This document shows, in pieces, positions 47,936 to 61,345 of a DNA stretch of 64,000 bases (positions are counted from its first letter, which is position 1; the number at the start of each line of letters is the position of its first letter). Position numbers and translations under genes: made by a program. Source of the DNA: Scyliorhinus canicula (taxonomy: Eukaryota); NCBI RefSeq assembly GCF_902713615.1, contig NC_052149.1, forward strand, positions 59,881,443 to 59,945,442, read 5' to 3'. Below the pieces are notes generated by a model. The model was not told the DNA's origin. It searched no databases and saw only the letters and a program-made list of their open reading frames with translations.

Positions 47936-48829
47936 CTGTGGAACTTCATTGTGGAACTTGATCAGCAGTGACCTTAAACATTCACTTCCTCCACCACCAA
48001 TGCACTGTGGCTGCAGTGTGTACCATCTACAAATTTCACTGCAGTAACTAGCCAAGGCTCCTGCAACATCTTCAAAACCGTGACTTCTATCACCTAGAGG
48101 AAATGGACAGCAGACACAGGGGAACATCACCACTTGCATTTTCTCCTCCAAGCCACACACCATCCTGACTTGGCCATAACTTCGCTGTCACTGAACCAAA
48201 GTCCTAGAACTCCAATCCTTACAGTACTGTGGGTGACCGACACCAGATGGAATGCAGAGATTCAAGACGGCGATTCTCAAAGCCGATTACGGATGGGAAA
48301 TAAATAAAAGCCATGCCAGTGACCCTCACATCGCTTGAAAGAATAAAAAGTGCCACTTCGCAGCCAGCCTTCCACAAACCGCATTTCTGTGTTTGGTCCA
48401 CCATTAAAATGCATCGAGTGTCATGAAGTCGTTCCAATGGCATGTTAGATATAAAGTCAAGTCTTGTCCACTTCAATCTAACTACCATTTCAACAATATA
48501 GTTAGTGCAAATTATTGCCATTTCTGGCACTGAAAATGAACCATTACAAATTGTCAAGTTTCATTCTTTTAGGTTTTAATCATTGGAGATTTTACAAAGT
48601 AAAACTTTACATTTAACACCTTTAAAAAATTTTTTCTTTGAATCTCCTTATCTCTCTTTTTCAATCAAATCTTTATGTCCCTCTCAATTTTTCTTTCTGT
48701 ACCTGATCTGACAGTCAATTCAACCACTCTATTTTAGGCTGCCTTGACAGTCCTTGCGCTGAGTTTCAATCTGATTGATTAAGGAGAGACAGAGTTGCCC
48801 TCTACACTCAGGTTCACTGTGCCTCTGTG

Positions 48830-49000
48830 GGACAGCACGGTGGCTAGCATTGCTGCCTCACAGCTCCACGGACCCGGGTTCAATTCCGGCCTCAGGTGAC
48901 TATCTGTGTGGAGTTTGTACTTTCTCTCTGTGTCTGCGTGGGTTTCCTCCGGGTGCTCCGGTTTCCTCCCACAGACCAAAGAAGTGCAGGTTAGGTGGAA
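48830..49000 (+). mobile_element. 3'-truncated V-SINE
   Basis: tRNA-like head plus V-domain. Confidence 0.8.
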
Positions 49001-49077
49001 TCTTATCTAATCACACGACCATACTGTGAAAGATGTCAGGGTCTTTTTCTGAAATCTGGCACAAACCGAGTCCCAAG

Positions 49078-49678
49078 GGGTGGGACTCTCCAATCCCGCG
49101 GCAGAGTGTCCACGCCACTGTAAGCGCCGTCACGTTTTACGACGGCATGAACGGGCCACTTCCAGGAATAATTCTGGCCGATCCTAGTGCGAACTGTGCG
49201 CCGCGGGATCTGCGCATGCGCAGTTGTGTTGGCGCCAACGCGCACATGCGCAGTGGCCTCCTTCAACGCACCAGCCCCGATGCAACATGGTGCAAGACTA
49301 CAGGGGTCAGTGCCTCGGAAAGGAGGCCCCCAGCCACAGAGGCAGGCCCGCCGATCTGTGGGCCCCGATCGCGGGCCAGGCCACATCGGAGGCACCCCCG
49401 CGGTCAGACCCCCCCCCCCCCCCCCAAACAGGTCGCCACGCGACCTTTCAGTGCCGAGGTCCCGCCTGCCCAGAGCAGGTTAGAACGACGCTGGCGGGAC
49501 TCGGTTATTTTCTTGCGGTCGCTCGGTCCATTCGGGCCAGAGAATCGGCAGGCCGGCCACGTAGAGCGGCCTGCAACCGGCTCTGCGCCAACCATGCTGG
49601 CGCCATTGCCGCTCTGCGGAGGATCATGTGCCGGCGTCGGGGGCCGTTCGCGGGGATTGCCCCCCCCCCCCCCCCCCC
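49078..49678. mobile_element. PIF/Harbinger-type MITE, one end lost
   Basis: Starts gggtgggactctcc (variant of the 39082 TIR); similar GC-rich body with tgcgcatgcgca; ends in a poly-C run. Confidence 0.7.
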
Positions 49679-49794
49679 AGGTTTCTAGTTTTGAAACACT
49701 TTTCCCTGCAAGTAAAATCATTTGCAATTTTTGGCATTATGACATCATACACTAAGACAACTTCCAGTTGAGCCTCGCATCTGAAGTTTAAAAA

Positions 49795-49955
49795 AAAATT
49801 TAGAGTACCCAATTCATTTTTTCCAATTAAGGGGCAATTTAGTGTGGCCAATCCACCTACTCTGCACACCTTTGGGTTGTGGGGGCGAAATCCACGCAAA
49901 CACGGGGAGAATGTGCAAACTCCACACGAACAGTGACCCAGAGCCAGGATCGAAT
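49795..49955 (-). mobile_element. V-SINE, short-tail type, 5'-truncated
   Basis: Tail aattggaaaaaatgaattgggtactctaaa. Confidence 0.8.
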
Positions 49956-51535
49956 AGCATAAGTACAGCATAGTCATCTACTAGATAATCTACAAGATAA
50001 ACCACACCTCAATAGATTTTGGAAGTGAAATGGGATATTTCTGAAATACTGTACTCAGCTAAATTGCCAAGCATAAAGGGATAAAGGTAACTACTTCTGG
50101 CAACAGCAACATAATGTTGGAACAGAGGATCAAAATGTATGTAACACAATTGGCTAAGAGTGCTCTCAATATATGGTAGTAATAAGTAAAGCTGGTTAAA
50201 TAAAATATTTAGCTATAAGATTTATATATTAATTTTAAATAAATCTTAATGATCATAGCTGTTCAATGTTTGTATTGAACGGAACTAATTCACTTCATAA
50301 ATAGCCGTGATTTGAAGCTCAGAGATAAGCTCATGTAAAATTAGAAGACTAAGAGATTGTTGTAATCATGAAATAAAGTCACCATAATTCCGGATGACCA
50401 AAGGCTACTTTCCCCTTTGAGTGGGAGAACTGACTGGTGGCGAATATCCAATATCGGCATTCAAAGAATGTGATAATATTATAATTACAGTAGCAACACA
50501 ATTTTTCAAAACAAAATGTAGAAATTGCTCTTTTAAAATGGGTAGCCTCTGGTTTATTAAAAGATCAGTCATAGTACACATTTGCAGCATTGCATTAACA
50601 GAAAATATGATATTAACTCTGGTGCAAAGCTGCCCAAATCAATTATAGGTATTTGATGATATTACCTTGCACCGTTTATGTTTTTAATATAACTAATAAT
50701 ATTACAAAGCAAACTATAACACTACCATGTTTTATTTAAATTTATATATTTTTTGTTGCAGAAAACCAACTGTTCCTTCAGCATTTTAACATGAATGGTC
50801 AACCTGCATTTTATTGATGATGAACAGTTATGCACATGTTTGTACACATGGACAGAGTTTAGCTTTCTCTAGTTAAAGATCAATGCAAAGCTAGCATATA
50901 ACATCTGTCTTCTTGCTCGAAGCAGATACAGATTTCAAATCAGTATCATCTCAAAATGCTTTCAGAAGAAAGTTGTGATTATAGCGCAGCAAATACTACT
51001 TTTATACATGTAATTTCTATTCACTACAGCCACTCTTTAATCAGAATATTGGCTTAGCTCAGAGTAATTAACAGAAGGCTCAAGATGACAGATCCCCAAT
51101 CTTCCAGCAATCAGTGTCTATCTCCTTTCACCCACGCACTGTGGCCTGCTGGCTTTATAGTGATGCTAGCCTGAGGAAATAAATGAATATGTCATGCTGA
51201 CTGGATTCAGGTCCGTCTCAAAATGGTAATTTAAAAGAGCAGATTATGATTTCAGTAGTATTATAGCTTCAATAAAGCACACAGTTGCTTCACAATGAAA
51301 CTGTAATCATAAGCCAATAGTGTCCTCCATTTACTATTTCATGGATGTCATTCCATTTGAAAAGCAGTTAATAATGGTCTTGTTTAGGTTATCCAAGGTG
51401 GAGCTCTCATTGCATATTGATTCACAGATATAGAGCTAATAGCAATGTTTTCCTCCCAATTATCAGTAGCAAAAGAATATGCAAAGCTTGCAGCACAACC
51501 GTCACAGCATGCTTTTGGAATCGAGAATACCCTGG

Positions 51536-51548
51536 GTTGCTAAGCAAC
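51536..51548. promoter_or_regulatory. Palindromic RFX X-box-like motif GTTGCTAAGCAAC
   Basis: Perfect GTTGCT-N-AGCAAC palindrome in a roughly 2.3-kb transposon-free stretch; function unproven. Confidence 0.5.
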
Positions 51549-52399
51549 AAAGTAATCCCTCAGGATGAAAAAAATTGATTAAAGTCATGGTTGAACTGCT
51601 GTCTTTTTGACAGCAAAACAGTAACGAATGTTGAATGAGGTGGATCAACAATATTTTAAATCAACAGCGATGTAGAAAATGTTACAGCGCTGATTTGTGT
51701 TCATAGTTTGGCCATATAATAACTGGCCAGATGCACACATTTTTGTTTCATCTCTCTTTTGTCCAAATTAATTTAATGGGAGATAAGATAAATATAAGCC
51801 ATTGCACTGAAATGTGACAAATAACAGCTGAAAAAGTTTTAACTGCACTTGAATTGTAAACTATATTTTAATGAGCTATTAGTGTATTGATAGTATCTGC
51901 ATTTTTCACTTGAACAATGGATCACTTCCTGCATATAAAAGACACCTCAATTACACATTCACATTAAAGGTACTAATTTAATTCAAAAATCCCATTTCCC
52001 AGAAAAGTTGCAAGCAATTACTTCACTGGGGGAAAAAATTCAATTACAATCAAGTCCAATTGAGGTTGCAGATTTAGCAGGTTGTCACTTTGACAAAATC
52101 ACTGACTTCCAATTTCAAAACATTAAGTTCTTAATTTTGGCAACAATGGGAAAAAGGAAGAAGAGTGTTTTATAATTGCTTAAAATCCAAAGAGATAGTC
52201 TCAGTACATTCTTTCTTAACTTTTCCTGTATTACAGCATTCCTGTATTACAGAATAGATACTAAATGTGCCTGGAATTCAGATCCTAATACTTAACAGCT
52301 TCTTCAATCTCCTTGTATCCATGCCTATTGCACAAAAGTACTTATGGTTCAATATTTGTCTGGCAACATCAGGGTGAAATTAATATTGGATGATGCAGG

Positions 52400-55300
52400 A
52401 CTTCCAATGGCGGCATGTAGAAAGCGGCGCACACGAGGCAGCTCCCAACTGGGCACTTCGTTCTTTATCTTTTCTGCCCAGTTTTTGAAGAGTGTTGGGG
52501 TGGTAATTTAAATAATTCAATGAGATAAGGCTGCCATATTGTAGAAATGCCAGGGAAATCAAAGTTGAAGAAGCCAACAAGCAAAAAAAATCGTTCAATT
52601 CAGAAATGTCTCGAGGCTCGTTGGTTCATAAAATGGCAAGGGCCATTGCCGATGTTAAGGAACCTCGATGATGATCGAGACTCTTACGGGCACCTTGAAG
52701 AAATCAAAGAATAATGGTAGGCTGCCTCCGAGGACCTTCATAATTCATTTGAGGAGGCCCCAGCTCCTATTCAATCGACGCTGGCAAAGGCGGATAAATG
52801 GTAAAGGTACATGCTGCAATGTTTCAACATGCGGAAGCGGCTCTTTCAAAGCAAAACAATCAGATTGTTGCTTTGGAGGCCGGGGTGGCAATATTGGCTG
52901 AGAATAACTAAGGTGCCAAGGTGGACAACTTGGAGAATCGTTCCAGGTTGCAGAACCACAGAATCATGGGGCTGCTGGAGGGAGCGGAGGGCCTGAACCT
53001 GAATATATGTTGAAGATGTTGAGAAGATTGAGGGGGAAGGTATACAGTTGGCTCTCCCGAGCTGGGTCGGGCCCATCAGTCACTCCATCAGTGGCCACTG
53101 AGGTGGGCGAAACATCAGCGTAGCTACAAATGGAAGGGTCACGCCATTAGGTTCTATCGGAATGTGAGAGTGGAGCTTGCCAAAAGGAGAGCAGCAGTCA
53201 ACAAGGCCAAGGCAGTGTTATTCAGAAGTGGAGTTTGTTTTGGGTGGTTTACCCTGCACGCCTCCGAGTGACCTATATCTCAAAAGACAATTATTTTGAG
53301 GCGCTGGAGGAGGCCGATGTTTTTGTGAGGAAGCACGGACTGGGGGCAAGTTAATTGTGTTATGTATTATGTGTAGGGTCTTGTCATTATTGAAGAGGGT
53401 TTGTAGTTTTGGGGACAAGTTTGGGTTTCTTATACCAGTTTACATTTGAATTGAATGTGTTTCATGAAAGTTGAATGTGGGGTGGGGAGGAGCTGGTTGT
53501 GATGGTTATTTATTTTTATATGTCCCAGGCGGGAGTTCCCCTGCGAGCTGTAGAAGTTAGCTAATGGGAACAAAATGGTGGGGGGAACTGCAACTCATTA
53601 TCTTAGTGTAGGTTTTAGATATTGAACTTCGGAGGGTTTTGCTTGGGGTTGCTCTTCGCCTTTTGACTGTTTTTTTGGGATTTGGGTGTGGTGTTAATGA
53701 GAGATGGGGAGAGGGGTTGGGGAGTTTATTGATGGTGACCACAGGTTGTTCTTTGCTCTGTCTTAATAGGATTTTGGAGGTCATCTTGGGTGGACTCCAT
53801 GCCTGTGGTTCTGGGACTATCTCCTTTGGTGGAAATGGCTGACTCAGGTACAGGGTGGGGGGGGGGGGGGGGGGGGGCGGTTGTGGACAATTTGACAGGT
53901 CACTTATAATGCAAGGGGATTGAACAGCCCAGTGAAGAGATTGAGGACATTCACTCATCTGAAGAATTTGAGTGCTGATGTGATGTTTTTCAGGAGACTA
54001 ATTTTCCAGTCAGAAACCAGACACAGCTACAGACACAGAAGGATGGGTGGGAGAGATATTCCACTTGGGATTTGATGGTAGGGGCCAGGAGGCCGCAGTG
54101 TTGAGAAATAAAAGGGTTTCTTTCTCATCTGTTAATATGGAATTTACAATGCAGAAGGAGATCATTCGGCCCATCGAGTCTGCACGGACCCTTGGAATGA
54201 GCACCCCTTTTAAGCCCACACCTCCACCCTATCCCCGTAACCCAGTAACCCCACCTGATGTTTTTGGACACTAAGGGCTATTTAGCGTGGTCAATCCACC
54301 TTACCTGCACATCTTTGCACATTAGGAGGAAACCGGAAAACCCAGAGGAAACCCACGCAGATACGGGGAGAACGTGCAGACTCCGCACAGACAGTGACCC
54401 AAGCCGGGAATCGAACCTGGGACCCTGGTGCTGAGAAGCAACTGTGCTAACCACTGTGCTACCTCTGCCAGATCCGAATAGGGGACATGTGATTATCAGT
54501 GAGTCTTTGGTGGGCACCTTGCTGAACCTCGTGAATGCATGAATTATTCCTGATTTGGATTCACATCAGCTCATCTTGGGGAGGGAGAGGGGGAGACTGT
54601 ATTCCAGACCCTAGATTGGGCCGATCTATGCCCAAGTCTTTGTTTTCTTCAGGGGTGGCTAAGGCTTTTGTTACTTTTATGGAGCAGATGTGGGAGTGGG
54701 AGGCAGACCCTTGGCTTTTTTACATCCGAGGATTAACGATTTTTCGTTCTTCTCCCATGTACATGTCTATTCTCGAATACGCTTTTTTTGTGCTGGGTAG
54801 GTCTCTTCTTTCTGGAGTGAAGAGGATGGGGTACTCGGCAATTGTCATCTCCGACCATGCTCCACATTTTGTGGATTTAGTGTTTGAGCCAGATCCCTTT
54901 CAACGCCCGCCGTGGAGACTGGACACGGGCTGTTGGCAGATAAAAGTTTCTGTGAGCACATATCCTCCGCCATTGGGACTACATTAGGTTCAGCAAGAGC
55001 AACTCTTCCTCCCCTTCTACATTATGGGAGGCCCTTAAGATGGTCATTAGGGGAGAGATCACTTATTTAAGTCACATAAGAGATAGGTCCGAGGTGGTTG
55101 AGCAGAAGAAGCTGGTAGACTCCATCCCAGAGGTATTATTCGATCAGTATTCGATGCCCCTACACTGGAGTTACTGGCTTCTAGGAAGAAATTGCAGACA
55201 GAATTTGAGCTACTCTCAATGGGTAAGGCAGTGAGCAGCTGCGACGTTTGAGGGGGACTTTTAATCAACATGGCGAGAAGGCCAGTCACTTTTTACTACA

Positions 55301-56410
55301 CGAGCCGAGGCGACAGGCAGCCTCCTGGGAGATTATTTTGGTGCGGTTCTCGTGTGGCAGGTTGGTCTCCATTCAACGCAGGTTAATGCAGTGTTTGAAG
55401 AGTTTTATCAAATGCTACACAGATCGGAGCCCCTATGGCAGAAGTTGCCCATGATGCCCATGAAGGGTTGTCCTTCCTGGAGGTGGACAAGGAGAGCAGG
55501 GAGGACTTGGGATCCCCATTTGGTCTTAAAAAGGTGGTGAAGTATATTGGTTCAATGCAGTTGAGAAAAGCCAGATGGTTTTCCTTTTGAATTTTATAAG
55601 AAATTTGTGGCACAGTTGACCCCACTGATTATAGACAAGTTTAATGATTCCTTGGCCTAGGAGTCTTTGCTAGTTACACTGGCGCAGGCATCCATCTCCT
55701 TGATTCTGAAGAAGGATGAGGGCCGTACAGAGGTTGGGTCATAACGGCCAATTTCATTGTTAAACGTGGATGCTAAGTTATCGACAGATCTGGAAGTGAT
55801 TGTTTCATTGGACACAGAGAAAGAGACAGGGTCGATTGGAAGTACCTATTTGAAATTTTGGGGGGGTTCAATTTTGAACCAAAGTTCACAGCTTGGATCA
55901 GTTTTTTGTGCATGGGTTCCCACTGCTGGTGTCTGTACAAATGGCATGAGCTCAAGCTATTTTCAGCTGGGTAGAGGTACAAGGCAGGGTTGCCCACTGT
56001 CTCCGCATCTGTTTGCGTTGGCAATCGAACCACTGGCTCTTGCATTGTCTTCCACGAAGTGAAAGGGCATAGAGAAGGAAGGGAGAGAGCATAGTGTTTC
56101 GCCCCCACAACCCAAAGATGTAGGTGGATTGAGTGCACTAAATTGCCCCTTAATTGGAAAAAAATTTAATTGGGTGCACTAAATTGAAAAAAAAAAATTA
56201 TGCTAGGCTGGTGAGTGGAGTTAGAGCTGATTTGGAGGGGTGGGATCACCTCCCTCTGTCTTTGGTGGGCAGGCTTCAGACGGTTAAAATTAACATCCTT
56301 CCAAGGTTTTTGTTCTTTTCTAATGTCTCCCTGTCTTTCTTCCCAAATTATTTTTGGCTAGAATCAATAAGTTGATTACTTCTTTCATTTGGGTGGGTAA
56401 GACCACTCGC
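52400..56410 (+). mobile_element. Decayed, internally deleted L1-clade LINE (5' end, ORF1, EN, RT) with SINE insertions at about 54137-54466 and 56098-56190
   Basis: ORF1-like gacaacttggagaatcgttccagg (DNLENRSR), [47 protein letters not shown]. Confidence 0.8.
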
Positions 56411-56419
56411 AGGGCATTT

Positions 56420-57985
56420 AAAAAAAAAAAAATTTATTTGAGGTATTTTCAAATATATACAGAACAGAAATGAGCAACCAACAACAGCAACAGTTAATCA
56501 TGCACAATTGCCACTATTCCCACATAACCTCTCCACCTCCTCCTTTTACACCCAGTCCCCCCACCCAAAAAAACCTGCCCCCCTCCCACTGTTTTGTTAC
56601 CGTCCCTTAAATAACTCAATAAACAACCTCCAGTGAAGAAGCCCTCCTCCACTCCTCTTGAGGCAAACATGATTTTTTATTTTTTTTGAGGTGGAGGAAC
56701 CCTGCCAAGTCGCTCCGAGTCCCGCCAGCCCAACAAGATCCATCTCCAGACTATCAGGAAGGCAAAGGCTACCACGTCAGCATTTCTCCCACCTGCACTC
56801 CTGGATTCTCCAACACCCCAAATATCGTCACCCTCCGGCTCGGCGCCACCTCCACTCTCAACATCTTCGACATTATGTTCACAAACTTTTTCCAGAACCC
56901 CTCCATCTTCGGACATGCCTAAAACATATGGGCATCATTCACCGGACTCCCTGTACACCGCCCACACCTATCCTCTACTCCTGGAAAAAAAACGACTCAT
57001 CCTATGAGCCTGATGCACCACCTTAAATTGTATGAGACTCAGTCTTACACACGACAAAGACATGTTTATCCTCCGCTGCGCCTCATTCCACACCCGGCTT
57101 GAATCATCCCTCCCCCTGCAGCCGACCTCCTCCACGGAGGCCCCTGCCCTCTTTGTCAGCTCCCCATTATACCTGACACCTCACCCTCGCCTTTTTCATC
57201 CTTGGACAAAAGATTGTCCTGTATCGATGGAGGCTGCAGCCGTGGGAATGAACCCAACTCCTTCAAGAAGTCCCTCACCTGTAGGTACATGGACCCATTC
57301 CCCTTTGGAGCTCTTTCAATTCTGGAAACCTACCCCCCATAAATAGGTCTCGAAAATACTGTTTCTCACCACCCCTGAAGCCTCGCATGCAGCCTCGCTG
57401 GAACAAATCTGTGGTTGGCGCAAATAGGCGCCCACAGGGATATATATGCATTCCATCCTACAGTGCTGCCAATATTGGTTCCACACCCTCAATGCTGATA
57501 CCATCAATGGGCTCGTTGAGTATCTGGTTGGTGAGAACTGAAGAGGTGCCGACAGCAGTGCCTTCAGACTGGTCCCCACACCGACCTCTCCTCCACTGCC
57601 CACTTACGCACCATGGCCATGTTTGCCGGCCAATAAAATAATTCTGCAGATTCGGCAGTCCCCACCACCTGCCCATCTCTTTCCAGAAACACCCTCCTGG
57701 CCCCGTGGAACCTTACTGCCCGCACGAACACCAGTATCGTCTTCTTCACCCTACTGAAAAAGGACTTGGGCATGAAAATCGGGAGATTCTGAAACACAAA
57801 TAACAATTTTGAGGGCAGCATCATCTTTACCATCTGGTCTCTTCCAGCCAACGACAAAGGCAACACATCCCACCTCGTAAAGTCTTCCTTCAGTCCCTCC
57901 TCCCAGTTTTGCCAGTTTCAACTTGTGCAGCTGGGCCTAGCTTTTTGCCACATGGTTCCCAAGATACTAAAAGCCCGCCACCACC
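56420..57985 (-). mobile_element. L1-clade LINE 3' part
   Basis: LPLSLAGRDQMVKMMLP...FQNLPIF, ADVVAFAFLIVWRWILLGW. Confidence 0.8.
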
Positions 57986-58004
57986 AACGGAAACAGCAAC
58001 CTCC

Positions 58005-59745
58005 TTTTTAAAAAAAATATATTTTTATTCTCCTTTTTCACAATTTTTCTCCCGAATTTACACCCAACAACAAATCAATAACCAACAACAAATATCTCAA
58101 ACCCCATAACAGTAACAACAATCCCGTCCTCCCACCATGCCCAGACATCAGCCCACATGTTAACATAAACAAATGACACAGAGAAAAAAAAAGGAATCAG
58201 GGATTACCCATAGCCATCTTCAACATACACAGCCCCCCTCCCCCCGCACCCCACTCACCCTTCCCCCCCACCCCCCAACTAATGTTCGATGTTATCCAGT
58301 TCTTGAAAGTGCATAATAAATAGTGCCCATGACTTGTAGAACCCGTCCGAGCTTCCCCTCAGTTCGAACTTAACCTTCTCAAGGGTCAAGTATTCCAACA
58401 GGTCCCCTCGCCACGCCAGGGCACAGGGTGGAGAGGCCGCTCTCCATCCCAGGAGGATCCGCCTTCAGGCGATCAACGAGGCGAAGGCTATGATATCTGC
58501 CTCCACACCCGTTTCCAACCCTGGCTGATCCGACACCCCGCATATGGCCTCCCGGGGACCCGGGTCCAGCTTCACATGCACCACCTTGGAAATTACCCTA
58601 AACACCTCCTTCCAGTACTCCCCAAGCTTTGGACAGGACCAAAACATATGAACGTGATTAGCGGGCCTCCCCCTGCAACGTTCACACACATCTTCTACCC
58701 CTTCAAAGAATCGGCTCATCCTTGCCCTCGTGAGGTGTGAGCAACCTCCTTAAATTCCTCCCCTCCCCCACCCCGCACGTTGATTGGGAATCCCTCACTT
58801 TTCCCGATATTGAGCTTAGGCACAGAAAAAAGACTGAACTCCCCCAAGATCCCCACCCTGTCAAAATTTTCAATCAGGTCCAGCGTTTAAAGAGACCAAA
58901 ACCCAAACCGCCCCAGCGCCTCGAATAAATGCAGTCACTCCACACAGTCAAAGTCTTTTCCCGTCCATTAACACAAACACCTCCCGGTCTGTCAAAAGCA
59001 TCATTATCACATTCAATAACCTCCGAACATTGGCCGATAGCTGACGCCCCTTTATTAACCCTGCCAAGTCTTCCCCTATCAGTCCAGGCACACAATTCTC
59101 TATCTGCACGCGTGCACCTTTACCAATACCGTTGCATCCACATTTAACAACAATATCGGGCAGTATGACGCACACTGTTCTGGGCCTTTCTTTGAGTGAG
59201 ATAGATACCCGACAAAGCATGGCAGGAAGTTCACCCCTCCCACTGACTCACTGTACATTTCCGCTAACAGGGGGGCCAGCTCTGGCCCAAACTTATAAAA
59301 CTCCGCAGGGAACCCGTCTGGCCCAGGTCCTTCCCGACTGCATCGCCTCCACACACTCCATCTCCTCTCCCAGACCAATCAGGGCCCCCAACGCTTGAAC
59401 TCTCACCTCATCCACCCTTGGGATCTCCAGCCTATCCAAAACTATACAACATGCTATAAAATGCCTCTAACCCCCCATTTACCTCCTCCGGCCCTGTACC
59501 AGTTTGCCCCAATCCTGCAGTACTGCCTCCACCTGCGCTACCGAGAACTTCCGGTCCACCGCCAGAATGGCCTCCACCAGCCTCAACCATTCCGCCCTCA
59601 CCTTAAATGCCCTAATCAAACTAAACACCCCCCTAACCACAGCCTTCAACGCCTCCCACAATGCAGTTGCCAAGACGTCCCCGTCTTATTATGCTCCTTA
59701 TGGTTCCAGATATCCAGCCCTATCTTCTCATGTATCGTTAGACAC
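58005..59745 (-). mobile_element. L1-clade LINE: 3' end (58005-58737) fused to an upstream RT-region fragment
   Basis: CERCRGRPANHVHMFWSCPKL; GPDGFPAEFYKF; LWEALKAVVRG. Confidence 0.8.
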
Positions 59746-60660
59746 ATGGAGTCGGGAGTGAGGGGGTGGAGGGGGCAGTGTGAGTGGGTGGAGTGTGAGG
59801 GAGGGGATAGGGGGTGGAGGGGGCTGTGTGGGGGGTGGGGGGAGGGGAAATGAAGGGCTGAGGGAGAGTAGCCAGGCAGGGGAATCTCACTTGTACTGCG
59901 CCTCCGATCTGGCATCGCACTACTCCCGGGTGGCGGCTCCCCCAGCGAGGTCCAGAGCCCTCTGCTCATGGACAGTGAGGAGGTGCATCAGAGTTAGGCG
60001 GTCAGCAGCAAGACGTGCAGATGTTGGCAATGTTATGGCTGGGAGGGCGCTGGGCACCACGCCATGGCAGCTCGCAAGGGCGGTGTGGTGCCCATGTGGG
60101 TTGTGTAGTACATGGTGCCCCCCTCCTGCGTGCGCGGGGGGGCGTGCGGCACGTGGTGGGGGGACGAAGGGAGGGAGGGGTGGGGTGTGGCCCGACCCTG
60201 GCTGCCCTCGTGAGGTCATGGAGCTTCTTGCGGCACTGCTGTCCCGAATGTGGGGTGTGCCCTACAGCGCTAACGGCGATGCCCACATCACGCCAGCTGC
60301 ACCTGACTGTGCTGGCCAGGTATCGGTGGCCACGTCTTGGGCACAGGATTGTCCTCCGCTCTTTCACTGTGTCCAGCAGTGTCTCCAGGTCATTGTCCCG
60401 GAACCTGGGAGCGGCACAGCGGGGCGCAGCCATCTCTCTGTGTCGGGGCCTGTGCGCGAATCGCGCACATAAAATGACGCGACACCACGTCATCTGGGTG
60501 TCGCGGGATAATGATGCCGCTCTGATGCCACGCCCACCGCATTTCTCGCGGCCCCGCTGCTGGCCCCATTTCAGGGCCTAAATCGATGCTGCCTGCGGCC
60601 CGTTAGCGCCGTCGCGTTGACGGTGCGGACACTCTGACTCGCCATCGGAGAATCCCGCCC
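59745..60660 (-). mobile_element. PIF/Harbinger transposon end carrying a Myb/SANT-like (NAIF1-type) gene remnant
   Basis: TIR GGGCGGGATTCTCC at 60660-60647; exon 60433-60197 encodes MAAPRCAAPRFRDNDLETLLDTVKERRTIL...W...QCRKKLHDLTRAAR; downstream LTVHEQRALDLAGG remnant with an in-frame stop. Confidence 0.82.
60197..60433 (-). pseudogene. Harbinger Myb/SANT-like DNA-binding protein, exon 1 (79 codons, open)
   Basis: Pattern R-F-x3-L-E-x-L-L...R-R-x2-L...W...V-S-A...Q-C-R-K-K-x2-D-L typical of Myb_DNA-bind_5; second exon damaged. Confidence 0.75.
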
Positions 60661-60794
60661 ATGATGTCCCACAGGGGGTCGCTGATTGATCTCCCGCGGG
60701 CTTCATAGAATAAGAGTTCACGTGGTGAGTGAACAGAGGTCCGCCCAGCTTGGGCTCATTAGTTGGACCTTTAAATGAAACTCGCAGATGGGTC

Positions 60795-61035
60795 AACAAG
60801 GTGGCACAGTGGTTAGCACTGCTGCCACACAGAGCTGAGGACCCAGGTTCGATCCCAGCCCCGGACTACTGTCCATGTGGAATTTGCACATACCCGGGTC
60901 ACTGTCCATGTGGAGTTTGCACATTCTCTATGTGTTTGCGTGGGTCTCACCCCCAGAACCCAAAAGATGTGCAGGCTAGGTGAATGGCCACGCTAAATTG
61001 CCCTTAATTGGGAAAAAGAATTGGGTACTCTTTAA
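60795..61035 (+). mobile_element. Short-tail V-SINE with an internal duplication of about 33 bp
   Basis: actgtccatgtggaRtttgcacat occurs twice. Confidence 0.8.
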
Positions 61036-61150
61036 AAAAGTAAATGTAATTCCCAGACCCGAAATGGCAATTCCCAATAGTCCTGGGCTGGGACGTTTGT
61101 TTTACATGCTGTGCAGCGGCTTTATTTTCAGTTTAAAATAAAGTAGCTTT

Positions 61151-61345
61151 AGGGCGGCATGGTGGCGCAGTAGTTAGCACTGCTGCCTCATGATGCCGAG
61201 GACATGGTTCAATCCTGGCTTCGGGTCACTGTCCATGTGGAGTTTGCACATTCTCCCCGTGTCTGCATGGGTCTCACCCCACAACCCAAAGATGTGCAGG
61301 TAGGTGGATTGACCGTGCTAAAATGCCACTTAATTTGAAATTTAA
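61151..61345 (+). mobile_element. Short-tail V-SINE
   Basis: gggcggcatggtggcgcagtagttagcac head plus V-domain. Confidence 0.82.
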
